Shown here: positions 46,782 through 55,558 of the stretch, piece after piece | How positions within the stretch are numbered: the stretch's first letter is position 1 | Layout: every line of letters begins with the position of its first letter | Assembly: GCA_942491355.1 (NCBI GenBank) | Contig: CALOAZ010000099.1 | Coordinates: 26,233 to 90,232 of the forward strand | Direction: 5' to 3' | DNA: 64,000 nucleotides | Source: an uncultured Phycisphaeraceae bacterium | GTDB taxonomy: Bacteria > Planctomycetota > Phycisphaerae > Phycisphaerales > Zrk34 | Made by a program: the position numbers and the translations under genes | Notes under the pieces: generated by a model | What the model saw: the letters and a program-made list of their open reading frames with translations, nothing else | Databases searched by the model: none | Told to the model about the DNA's origin: nothing

Positions 46782-48095
46782 TTAAGGCCGCGCGTCGATC
46801 TGTTCCACGCGATCGCGCTGCGCCGCATCCACCTTGCGCAATTCCGGCAGATGCGATTCGATCTGCAGAATACCGCGATACACATCGGCCGCCGTCTGAT
46901 ACAGCGGATTTTCCGCTTCTCGCGGCTTGAGGATCAGGCCCGTCAACTGACTCAGCGCCTTGGCTTCGGTGCTGTCGGGCGTGAAGTCGATCAATCCCTT
47001 GAAGTCGGGATTGGCCAACGGCTGATTCATCTGAAGCGTCATGAAGAACAAATCCACGGCCTTGTCGACCTTGCGATAACCGTCGCGAATCACACGACTG
47101 GTCACCACGCCGCTCTGCGACATCTGCCCGAGCGTACGCTGAATCTGCGAGGTGATCATGACCTGCTCGAACATCTTCATGAGTACTTTCGACTTCGAGA
47201 GATCTTCGCCGATGCGCACCGACGAACCGAAATCGATGAAACCCACGCCATGTCGTGTGATCACCAGGTTGTCCGGGCGCAAATCCAGATGAATCACTCG
47301 GGCGGTATCGTGCAAAGCCCGCAGCATGTCCGACATCTGCTTGGCGAATTCAAGCTGTTTGATCGGGGGCTCACCGCCCGTCGAGTTGCGCAGCCAAGAC
47401 ATGGCAAACTTGGTCACGTAGCCCGATTCGTTTTTCTCATGGCTGATCACGCGCGGCACGCGATGCTTGTATTGCTCGGGCAGATATTTTTCGAGCACTT
47501 TGAGGATGCCGGTTTCGCGCGTGAGGAATAACGGGAACACGTTGTGCGTGAACGTGCGGGCTCGCTCGGCCACGTCTTCACGGTCCAGATCCGGAAAGCG
47601 CATTGCGAGGCGCTGTTCCATCTGCTTCTGCTCCGGCACCACTTTCAGTACCGCGTAGCCGTTTTCCTCATTGGCATCCGGGATCAGTTCCACGTGATTG
47701 GTGAAGCGATCCGAAAACTCACCCGGGCGCACGATGAACACCTTGCGCGCCGTGAAGTAGTAGAAATTCTTTTTGAAGCCCGGCACCAGGCCGACAGAGA
47801 TCGGCGTGGGCGTGCGCTCGATGCGATACTCACGTCGCTCGGCAAAGACTTCATGCAGCTTGCGCACTTCGGACTGATCGTGCGAGACCACGATCACCAC
47901 GCCGCCCCAGCGCATGCGCTCGAAAGCCTGATCTGGAATCTGCAGATCACCCGGGCCGCAAAGCAGAAAATCCGCCATGCCTTCGGTACCGAAGACCACG
48001 GTGTTATGACCAAAAAGGCGGTACTCGGGATCCGCCGCGAGAACCTTTTCGCGGATCAGTTCGAAAAGTCGTGTTTTAGCGCCCGGGTCAGCCAT
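46782..48095 (-). CDS. Atypical protein-kinase-like (PKL) protein, paralog A
   Basis: 'VIHLDLRPDNLVITRHGVGFIDFGSS'. Shares blocks 'FLTRE.GILKV.EKYLPE', 'KMFEQVMI' and 'YRKVDKAVDLFF' with paralog B. Start at the ATG 48095 ('MADPGAKTRLF'). Confidence 0.6.
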   Translation of the reverse strand: MADPGAKTRLFELIREKVLAADPEYRLFGHNTVVFGTEGMADFLLCGPGDLQIPDQAFERMRWGGVVIVVSHDQSEVRKLHEVFAERREYRIERTPTPISVGLVPGFKKNFYYFTARKVFIVRPGEFSDRFTNHVELIPDANEENGYAVLKVVPEQKQMEQRLAMRFPDLDREDVAERARTFTHNVFPLFLTRETGILKVLEKYLPEQYKHRVPRVISHEKNESGYVTKFAMSWLRNSTGGEPPIKQLEFAKQMSDMLRALHDTARVIHLDLRPDNLVITRHGVGFIDFGSSVRIGEDLSKSKVLMKMFEQVMITSQIQRTLGQMSQSGVVTSRVIRDGYRKVDKAVDLFFMTLQMNQPLANPDFKGLIDFTPDSTEAKALSQLTGLILKPREAENPLYQTAADVYRGILQIESHLPELRKVDAAQRDRVEQIDARP

Positions 48096-48264
48096 CAATC
48101 TGCCGACACCCTCCGCATGGCAGAGGATCGAGCCTCCTCCACAAGTGCTTCCGCGGGGGAGATATCCGCTCCAACCCGCACCAACGACGGACATTATAGC
48201 CCGACCGTCCCTTTGAGCCTGCGCCTCGTTTTCCCCGGTGGATTATCGGGCATCACGCAATGGT

Positions 48265-49479
48265 TCATCGGCCGGTTCGCAGGAAATATTCCATCAGCTC
48301 ATGCCCGTAGGCGATGTGCTGACCGGCCTCTGACGCATTGCGTTCGGTGAACGGTCCGGGGCGCGTCGACCGGGGCACACCCGTACCCGCCATGCAAAAC
48401 GGGGGTGGCGTGGCATCGTGCTTGCGCGTGGCGACACACGTGTAATGATCGGGCAGGCACAAAGTGCGCCACGCATCGAATGATTTGAGGCGATCGAGCA
48501 CCGGTCCGACCACCTTTTCATCCATGGCTTCAAGACTCGCGACCTTGGTGGCGGCATCGGCCTGATGCGATGCTTCATCCGGTGCTTCGACATGCACGCA
48601 GACCAGATCGTAATGGTCCAGCGCTTCAATCGCGTGACGTCCCTTCGCCGCATAATCGGTATCGTGATAGCCGGTGATGCCCGGAACTTTCAGACGCTCC
48701 CAGCCGATCAACGCGGCAATACCCGCCAGCAGATCCACCGCGGTAATCATCGCGCCGCGCAAGCCGAAACGAGACTCGAATGTGGCGATGTCCGGGCGCA
48801 TGCCTTGGCCCCAGAGCCAGACATGCGTGGCCGGCGATTCGCCCATTTCACGCCGCGTGCGATTAACTTCATGATCGGCAAAGCATTCGGCGCTGAGCGC
48901 GATCAGATCTTGAATCCGCTTTGCATCAGGCCCCCCACTGGGCAAATATCGGTCATAAGGCTCGCCCGGCACATCGTGCGGCGGCGTGGTCTTGAGTTTG
49001 CGGTAGTCGGCGCCGCTCGCATCGATCATGAGATTGCGATAGCTCACGCCCGGCTGAAAGCGAAGCCCTTCGGCCAAGCCGCGCGATTGCGCCAGAGCCG
49101 CGAAGTCTGCCAACAGACGATGGCTTTCGGCGCTGGAGATGTGCCCCGCAGAGTGATCGGCCATCCGGCCATCAGTCACCGTGATCAGATTGCACCGGAA
49201 GATCCATTCGCCGGGTGCCGGATCAATCCCCATCGCGGCCGCTTCAAGTGGCGCCCGACCGGGGTGAAACTTCACCGGGTCATAGCCGAGCAGCGACATG
49301 CAACACACATCGGAACCCGCCGCCCAACCTTCGGGCGTGGTCGCCACGGTGCCCTGGCGCCCACCCAGCGCGATCGAATCCATGTTCGGGATATGCGCCG
49401 CTTCAAAAGCGGTCTTACCGCCCAGGTCTTCCAGCGGCATGTCCGCCGCTCCATCCGGAATGAATATGACGTACTTCAT
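48265..49479 (-). CDS. apgM: Cofactor-independent phosphoglycerate mutase, archaeal-type (ApgM family)
   Basis: 'MKYVIFIPDGAADMPLEDLGGKTAFEAAHIPNMDSIA', 'GSDVCCMSLLGYDP', 'FRCNLITV..GRMADHSAGHI', 'VHVEAPDEASH'. Confidence 0.85.
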   Translation of the reverse strand: MKYVIFIPDGAADMPLEDLGGKTAFEAAHIPNMDSIALGGRQGTVATTPEGWAAGSDVCCMSLLGYDPVKFHPGRAPLEAAAMGIDPAPGEWIFRCNLITVTDGRMADHSAGHISSAESHRLLADFAALAQSRGLAEGLRFQPGVSYRNLMIDASGADYRKLKTTPPHDVPGEPYDRYLPSGGPDAKRIQDLIALSAECFADHEVNRTRREMGESPATHVWLWGQGMRPDIATFESRFGLRGAMITAVDLLAGIAALIGWERLKVPGITGYHDTDYAAKGRHAIEALDHYDLVCVHVEAPDEASHQADAATKVASLEAMDEKVVGPVLDRLKSFDAWRTLCLPDHYTCVATRKHDATPPPFCMAGTGVPRSTRPGPFTERNASEAGQHIAYGHELMEYFLRTGR

Positions 49480-49568
49480 GCGAGAATATACCGTGTGTGC
49501 CGCACGAAAGGGGTGAATCCGCCGCACACCCTCTAAGATGGTGCCACATCACTGCCGGAGGACCGACC

Positions 49569-50693
49569 ATGATCATGCCGCTGTTTCGACGCACCCTGAT
49601 GATATTGACGTCAGGCATACTGCTGAGCGCCTGCGCACCGGCAGGCACGATCGTCTCTGAATCCTGGGGCGAAACCGACGGGCAGCCGATTTTTCTGTAC
49701 ACGATGACCAATGGCAGCGGCCTGACGGCAAAGGTCACCAACTACGGCACGCTCCTGACCGAAATGCACGCGCCGGATCGCCACGGCCAGACCGCCGATG
49801 TGGTGCTGGGCTTTGATCATCTGGCTCGATATCTGCAGGGCCATCCCGCATTCGGCAGCAACGTGGGGCGCGTGGCCAACCGCATCGCCGGTGGCGTGTT
49901 TGCGCTGGATGACAAAACCATCACGCTCGAAAAAAATGCCGGCGCTCATCACATTCACGGTGGGCGAAACGGATTTCACAAACGCGTGTGGAACGTTGAG
50001 ATGAAGCGCACGCCCGACGGGCCAGCCATACGATTCAGTCGGCGCAGCCCAAGCGGCGAAGAAGGCTACCCGGGCAATCTCGATGTCGCGATCACTTACA
50101 GCCTCAGCATGCGCAATGAGTTGATCATCGATTTTGAGGCGACCACGGATCAACCCACGCTCGTGAATCTCGCGCATCACAGCTATTGGAATCTGGCCGG
50201 TCACGGTGCTGGATCGGTGCTCGATCACGAACTGAAGATCGAAGCAGATCGATACATGCCGCATGACGGCGCGGGCTTACCCACCGGTGCCATTTTGCCG
50301 GTCGACGGTACGCCGCTGGATTTCCGGCACTCGAAAAAAATCGGCGCCGACATGGCGCGGCTCGCGCCGCTCGATGGATATGACCACAATTTTGTGGTGC
50401 GCGGTGCCACCGACACTTTGCGCCCCGTGGCTGAAGTTTATGAACCCACTTCCGGGCGCGTGATGACGATCCAGTCCACGCAACCCGGCGTGCAGCTCTA
50501 TACCGCCAACGGCTTGAATGCCAAGCAGAGCGGCAAGGGTGCAACCTACGGGCCCCACGGCGCTTTATGCCTGGAAACCCAGCACTTTCCGGATGCGATT
50601 CACCATGAAGGCGATCCGAACTGGCCCTCGGTCATTCTGCGACCGGGTGCGATTTACAAGCACCGCATGGTCATGCGATTTTCGACCCGTTGA
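49569..50693 (+). CDS. galM: Aldose 1-epimerase (galactose mutarotase), lipoprotein form, copy 1
   Basis: Lipobox 'LLSAC'. 'VGRVANRIAGGVF', 'HHIHGG', 'NLAHHSYWNL', 'GALCLETQHFPDA'. Confidence 0.88.
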   Translation: MIMPLFRRTLMILTSGILLSACAPAGTIVSESWGETDGQPIFLYTMTNGSGLTAKVTNYGTLLTEMHAPDRHGQTADVVLGFDHLARYLQGHPAFGSNVGRVANRIAGGVFALDDKTITLEKNAGAHHIHGGRNGFHKRVWNVEMKRTPDGPAIRFSRRSPSGEEGYPGNLDVAITYSLSMRNELIIDFEATTDQPTLVNLAHHSYWNLAGHGAGSVLDHELKIEADRYMPHDGAGLPTGAILPVDGTPLDFRHSKKIGADMARLAPLDGYDHNFVVRGATDTLRPVAEVYEPTSGRVMTIQSTQPGVQLYTANGLNAKQSGKGATYGPHGALCLETQHFPDAIHHEGDPNWPSVILRPGAIYKHRMVMRFSTR

Positions 50694-50769
50694 GAGACCC
50701 GCACGCTTGGTTGCCCCGGATCGGTTGTGGTAGGATTACGGCCCCAAACCGGGTTCTATATGACAACTG

Positions 50770-51954
50770 ATGGAGGATTCCCCAATGCCCACCTTTTGTT
50801 TTCGCACCGCCCTTCGTGGCGCCGGACTTCTGACGCTCACCGCCGCACTCAGCGCCTGCCTCGGTTCAAAGGATGCTGCCATGACCACTGCACCCGCTGC
50901 TGCAAACAGCGCCATCACCGAAGCGCCCTTCGGCGAAACCGATGGCAAAGCCGTCAAGCTTTTCACGCTCACCAATGCCAACGGCCTGGTTGCCAAGATC
51001 ACCAATTACGGCGGCATCGTCACCGAACTGCATGTGCCGGATAAAAGCGGCAAGTCTGCCGATATCGTTCACGGCTTTGCCAAACTCGATGATTATCTCA
51101 AAGGCCATCCTTATTTCGGCGCGATGGTCGGTCGCGTGGGCAACCGCATCAAGAACGCCACGTTTACGCTCGACGGCAAAACCTACAAACTCGCGGCCAA
51201 CAACGGCGCGCATCATTTGCACGGCGGCCAAAAAGGCTGGGACAAAGTGGTGTGGGATGCCAAAGCGCAGAAATCCGCTGACGGCCCGACATTGATCCTC
51301 ACCTACACCTCTGCCGATGGCGAAGAAGGCTACCCCGGCACCGTGCAAGCACGCGTGGTTTACACGCTCACGAACAACAACGAGCTGCGCATCGAAACCA
51401 CCGCAACTGCCGACAAAGCCACGCCGGTGAATGTGGTGCATCACACCTATTGGAACCTCGGCGGCACCGGCTCGGGATCCATCAAGAATCACGTGCTCAA
51501 ACTGCATGCCACCAAATACACACCCGGCGATGAAACACTGGTGCCCACAGGAAAAATCGCGCCGGTCTCCGGCACGCCCTTTGATTTTTCGACGGGCAAA
51601 GCCATCGGCAAAGATCTGACGGCTGCCGGTGGCGATCCGGTCGGCTACGACCTGAACTTCGTGGTGGATGGCGACGCCGCCAAACTGCGTCCTGTCGCCC
51701 GCGTGAAAGATCCTGCCAGCGGACGCGTGATGGAACTTTTTGCCGATCAACCCGGCGTGCAGTTCTACACCGGCAACTTCATGGATGGCACCACCACCGG
51801 CAAAGGCGCCAAGCACGCGCAGCATTCGGCATTCTGCCTTGAGACGCAGCAGTTTCCGGATTCGATCAACAAACCCGCCTGGCGCGATCGCGTCGTCCTC
51901 AAGCCCGGCAAAACCTACACGCACACGATGATTCATCGCTTCACGGCGGAGTAA
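50770..51954 (+). CDS. galM: Aldose 1-epimerase (galactose mutarotase), lipoprotein form, copy 2
   Basis: Lipobox 'ALSAC'. 'VGRVGNRIKNATF', 'HHLHGG', 'NVVHHTYWNL', 'SAFCLETQQFPDS'. Confidence 0.88.
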   Translation: MEDSPMPTFCFRTALRGAGLLTLTAALSACLGSKDAAMTTAPAAANSAITEAPFGETDGKAVKLFTLTNANGLVAKITNYGGIVTELHVPDKSGKSADIVHGFAKLDDYLKGHPYFGAMVGRVGNRIKNATFTLDGKTYKLAANNGAHHLHGGQKGWDKVVWDAKAQKSADGPTLILTYTSADGEEGYPGTVQARVVYTLTNNNELRIETTATADKATPVNVVHHTYWNLGGTGSGSIKNHVLKLHATKYTPGDETLVPTGKIAPVSGTPFDFSTGKAIGKDLTAAGGDPVGYDLNFVVDGDAAKLRPVARVKDPASGRVMELFADQPGVQFYTGNFMDGTTTGKGAKHAQHSAFCLETQQFPDSINKPAWRDRVVLKPGKTYTHTMIHRFTAE

Positions 51955-52027
51955 GCGTCGCCGCAACGACAACGACCACCACTGGATCGGATTTTCAGCC
52001 AGCGCGATCAAAGAGGTGGGTGAGTGT

Positions 52028-52050
52028 TGTGGCAATGCAAGACCTGATCC
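52028..52050. repeat. Left arm of an inverted repeat flanking the AT-rich orphan ORF
   Basis: TGTGGCAATGCAAGAC (52028-52043) is the exact reverse complement of 52705-52720. The imperfect extension CTGATCC versus TTGACCC matches 5 of 7. Confidence 0.85.
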
Positions 52051-52080
52051 TTAATCTCCTGCTATGGCGGGGCTCTAATT

Positions 52081-52665
52081 ATGCTGATTAGTGAGCTTAA
52101 TTTTAACAATCTTTGTGATTTTCTCCGCCCAATATTACGCAAGCAAAGCCGCGAAGATATCCACGATGCTGGAGCGTCAATATTAAATTTCTCGCCTTGC
52201 CTTGAGGGCGAAGTGCGTCGGCATTGCGAAATCAAGCCAACACTGCGCTATCGCAATTATGATATTACAGTCTGCTTGTTGTGCTACTACGAGGGATACG
52301 GGATAGCGGCGCACTTAACATTTAGGGCTAAACCTAAAATCTGGAACTTATTTCCAAACGCTGGTTTAGTGTCGGACTTAAAGCGAGCCTGTATCTTGTC
52401 TATGGGTCATCTGAAATTTGAAAAATGTGACCATGATAATAAGTACGGCAAGGTTACTGCCTACTGCGATCGCCGCGCGATTAATCCGGAATGGGATCGC
52501 TCATTAGACATGTCGCCGCTAGCAATTTGCCCGAGTGAAAACGATCGCTATTGTTATGTTGAATTGTTTTTTTGGGGTGGAGCTTACAAATTGCTTGATG
52601 GCGAAGTGGTTCCCCGGTCAGATTGGAAGCAATTTTGTGATTACAATAAACTGCTTCGAGTATAA
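52081..52665 (+). CDS. Cys-rich orphan protein (194 aa) in an AT-rich cassette
   Basis: Uninterrupted ORF whose composition differs sharply from its neighbours ('MLISELNFNNLCDFLRPILRK...CEIKPTLRYRNYDITVCLLCYYEG...FEKCDHDNKYGKVTAYCDRR...'). No domain recognised and the RBS is weak. Confidence 0.5.
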   Translation: MLISELNFNNLCDFLRPILRKQSREDIHDAGASILNFSPCLEGEVRRHCEIKPTLRYRNYDITVCLLCYYEGYGIAAHLTFRAKPKIWNLFPNAGLVSDLKRACILSMGHLKFEKCDHDNKYGKVTAYCDRRAINPEWDRSLDMSPLAICPSENDRYCYVELFFWGGAYKLLDGEVVPRSDWKQFCDYNKLLRV

Positions 52666-52697
52666 GCGGCGAAGTGTTTCTAGGTCCCAGCGGAAAG

Positions 52698-52720
52698 GGG
52701 TCAAGTCTTGCATTGCCACA
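52698..52720. repeat. Right arm of the inverted repeat flanking the AT-rich orphan ORF
   Basis: GGGGTCAAGTCTTGCATTGCCACA. The core 52705-52720 is the reverse complement of 52028-52043. Confidence 0.85.
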
Positions 52721-52757
52721 TTCTGGCGCATGACAATTCGACGCCTACGAAATCACA

Positions 52758-54077
52758 TCAATCGCGTGGCATGTCCACAATCGGAATGCAAACCGGATCA
52801 TCCTGAATCGCTTCGAGCCCCGCGATCTGTTCGGCGGCCGCAGCAATCGCGCCGCCGCTGGCGGCATGCGTGGTAATCACGATGGGCACAAAGCCCGGTG
52901 CGTCGCCGGCCGGTTCATGCTGCAGAATCGCAGAGATTGAAATCTCTTCCTGGCCGAGAATCGAAGTCAGCGCAGCCATCACGCCCGGCTGATCCTTGGC
53001 AACCATACGGATGTAATGGCGCGACATGATTTCTGCCGGGCGCAACAGCTTGGCGGGCTCTTGTTGATCCGGCCAGAGATTCATCGTCTGAAAAGCGTGG
53101 GGATACCAGCCGCCGGCCACATTGATCAGATCACCGACGACCGAACTGGCGGTGGGCATTTGCCCGGCCCCGTGACCCACGAACAGATTCTGATACGCGG
53201 CATGGCCGACGACGCTCACGGCGTTGAGCGCTTCGCGCACCTGAGCGATCGGCTCCTGCTCATCCACGAAACACGGCGAGACGCGCAGCGAAATCGATTC
53301 GCCCTCGCGGCGCGCCACGGCAATCAGCTTGAGGGCATAACCCAGTTCGGCACCGAAATCGACATCGACACCTTCCAGGCCCTGGATGCCGCGACACGAC
53401 ACATCTGCATCGCGCACGCTCATGCCGAAGGCGAGCGATGCAATGATCGCCAGCTTCTGCGCCGCATCGGCACCCGACACATCCAGCGTCGGATCGGCTT
53501 CGGCAAAGCCCATGCGTTTTGCACCGGCCAGGGCATCCTCATATGACATGCCGTCATCGACCATGCGCGTGAGAATGTAATTGCACGTGCCGTTGAGAAT
53601 ACCGTACACCGCATCGATGCGATTGGCGGCCAGACCGAATTTGATCGCGGCCAGCACGGGAATGCCGCCGCAACAAGAAGCCTCGAATGCCAAGCTCACA
53701 CCGTGCTTGCGCGCGAGCGCAAATAATTCGGAGCCTTTGGCCGCAAGCAGACTTTTGTTGGCGGTCACCACATGACGGCCGCTTTCAAGCGCGCGCCGCA
53801 CATAGCCGCCCACCGGATCGATGCCGCCGGCCACTTCCACCACGATCTTGATTTTGGGGTCGGCGAAAAAAGCTTCGACATCATTCGTCAGCACGCCCGG
53901 CGGCAGCGTGGTGTGTCGTTTCGCACTGACATCACGCACCAGCACACGGCGCAAATCGATCGACCGCCCCAGACGCTGCGCGTAAAAACGACCGCGCTCG
54001 CCCGACAGAAGCTTGATCACGCCCTGTCCGACGGTTCCGCAACCAATCAGGCCCACGCCTATCGATTCGTTGTTCAC
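52758..54077 (-). CDS. hom: Homoserine dehydrogenase with a C-terminal ACT domain
   Basis: 'IGVGLIGCGTVGQGV', 'VVTANKSLLA', 'LAFEASCCGGIPV', 'GILNGTCNYILT'. GTG start with a GGAG RBS. Confidence 0.93.
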   Translation of the reverse strand: MNNESIGVGLIGCGTVGQGVIKLLSGERGRFYAQRLGRSIDLRRVLVRDVSAKRHTTLPPGVLTNDVEAFFADPKIKIVVEVAGGIDPVGGYVRRALESGRHVVTANKSLLAAKGSELFALARKHGVSLAFEASCCGGIPVLAAIKFGLAANRIDAVYGILNGTCNYILTRMVDDGMSYEDALAGAKRMGFAEADPTLDVSGADAAQKLAIIASLAFGMSVRDADVSCRGIQGLEGVDVDFGAELGYALKLIAVARREGESISLRVSPCFVDEQEPIAQVREALNAVSVVGHAAYQNLFVGHGAGQMPTASSVVGDLINVAGGWYPHAFQTMNLWPDQQEPAKLLRPAEIMSRHYIRMVAKDQPGVMAALTSILGQEEISISAILQHEPAGDAPGFVPIVITTHAASGGAIAAAAEQIAGLEAIQDDPVCIPIVDMPRD

Positions 54078-54091
54078 GGTCGTCTCCGATC

Positions 54092-54118
54092 AAAAAACCC
54101 CGACGCCGGGCGCCGGGG
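54092..54118 (-). terminator. Rho-independent terminator after gltA, abutting the hom RBS
   Basis: On the minus strand: CCCCGGCG / CGTCGGGG stem (8 bp, one mismatch) followed by TTTTTT (54092-54097). Confidence 0.55.
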
Positions 54119-54154
54119 TGAAGGAAGCATTCAAACAGTTTCCTCGCCGGCGAT

Positions 54155-55443
54155 TCAGCGCTTTGTCATCGGGGTGTAATCCCGAAGATTTGCGCCGGTG
54201 TAAATCTGACGCGGTCGGCTGATGCGGGCTTTGGGGTCGCGATGCGCTTCGTACCAGTGCGCGATCCAGCCGGGCATGCGGCCGATCGCGAACATGACCG
54301 TGAACATGTTCACGGGAATCCCCATCGCACGCATGATGATGCCCGAATAAAAATCCACGTTCGGATAAAGCTTGCGCGAAATGAAGTAGTCGTCATTCAG
54401 TGCGACTTCTTCGAGCTGCTTGGCGATATCGAGCAGCGGATCGTCCACACCCGAGTCTTCGACAGCACGGTGTCGGCCGACTGCTTGAGAATCTTCGCCC
54501 GCGGATCGAAGTTCTTGTACACGCGATGGCCGAAGCCCATCAGGCGCACGCCTTCGACCTTGTTCTTGACCTTGTCCATATGGCCTTTGACGTCGCCGCC
54601 CGAGGCCAACAATTCTTCGAGCATGTCCAGCACTGCGGCATTCGCACCGCCGTGCAGCGGTCCCCACAGAGCGCACACACCCGAAGCCACCGACGCGAAC
54701 AGGTTCGCCTTGGACGATCCGACCATGCGCACCGTCGACGTCGAGCAGTTCTGCTCGTGATCGGCGTGCAGAATCAGAATTTTGTTGAGAGCCGAGACCA
54801 CTTCCGGATCGGCTTCGTAACGAGCATTGGGCAGCGAGAACATCATGTGAAGGAAGTTCGCGCAATATTTGAGCTTCGGGTCCGGCTGCTGCTGCGGCTG
54901 ACCGATCGAATGCTTGTAGGTGTACGCGGCGATGGTGCGCACCTTCGAGATCAGCTTTGCGGCCGCGGCCGCAAAATGCGTCTCGTCGGTCATTTCGAGC
55001 AGATCAGGGTGATAGCAACTGCACGCGTTGATCATCGACGACAGCATCGCCATGGGATGCCCATACGGCGGAAAGCCGTCGAAGCAGCGGCTCAAGCCGT
55101 CGTGCAGCATTTCGTGATCGGTCAGGGCACGTGAAAACTTCGCGAGCTGTTCTTCGTTGGGCAATTCGCCCCAGATCAGCAGGTAGGCGGTTTCCACAAA
55201 GGTGCTGTGTTCGGCCAGCTGTTCGATGGGATAGCCGCGATAGCGCAGAATGCCTTTTTCGCCATCGATGTAGCAGATCGAACTCTGGCAGGAGCCGGTG
55301 TTGCCATAGCCACTGTCGAGCGTGATATAGCCTGTCTGAGCACGGAGTGGTGAGATATCAACCGCGCGTTCGTCTTCGGTACCGGCGATCACAGGCAGAT
55401 CGATGGTCTGATTCGACAACTTAAGCTGGGCAGTTTCGCTCAT
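54155..55443 (-). CDS. gltA: Citrate synthase (type II), frame break near 54450-54462
   Basis: ORF 54397..55443 has '[16 protein letters not shown]' and '[26 protein letters not shown]', and turns to nonsense after '[10 protein letters not shown]'. ORF 54155.. in another frame continues '[64 protein letters not shown]'. Confidence 0.9.
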
Positions 55444-55558
55444 CTGGGCCCTCCCTCAAGGAACCACCGGGCTGGATCAGCCGCACCCTCCAGACCGGTC
55501 GGGACGGACAGACTAGCAAGAAGGTCGGGGGATTGCCAAGCCAGCCGGAATACGGGTC

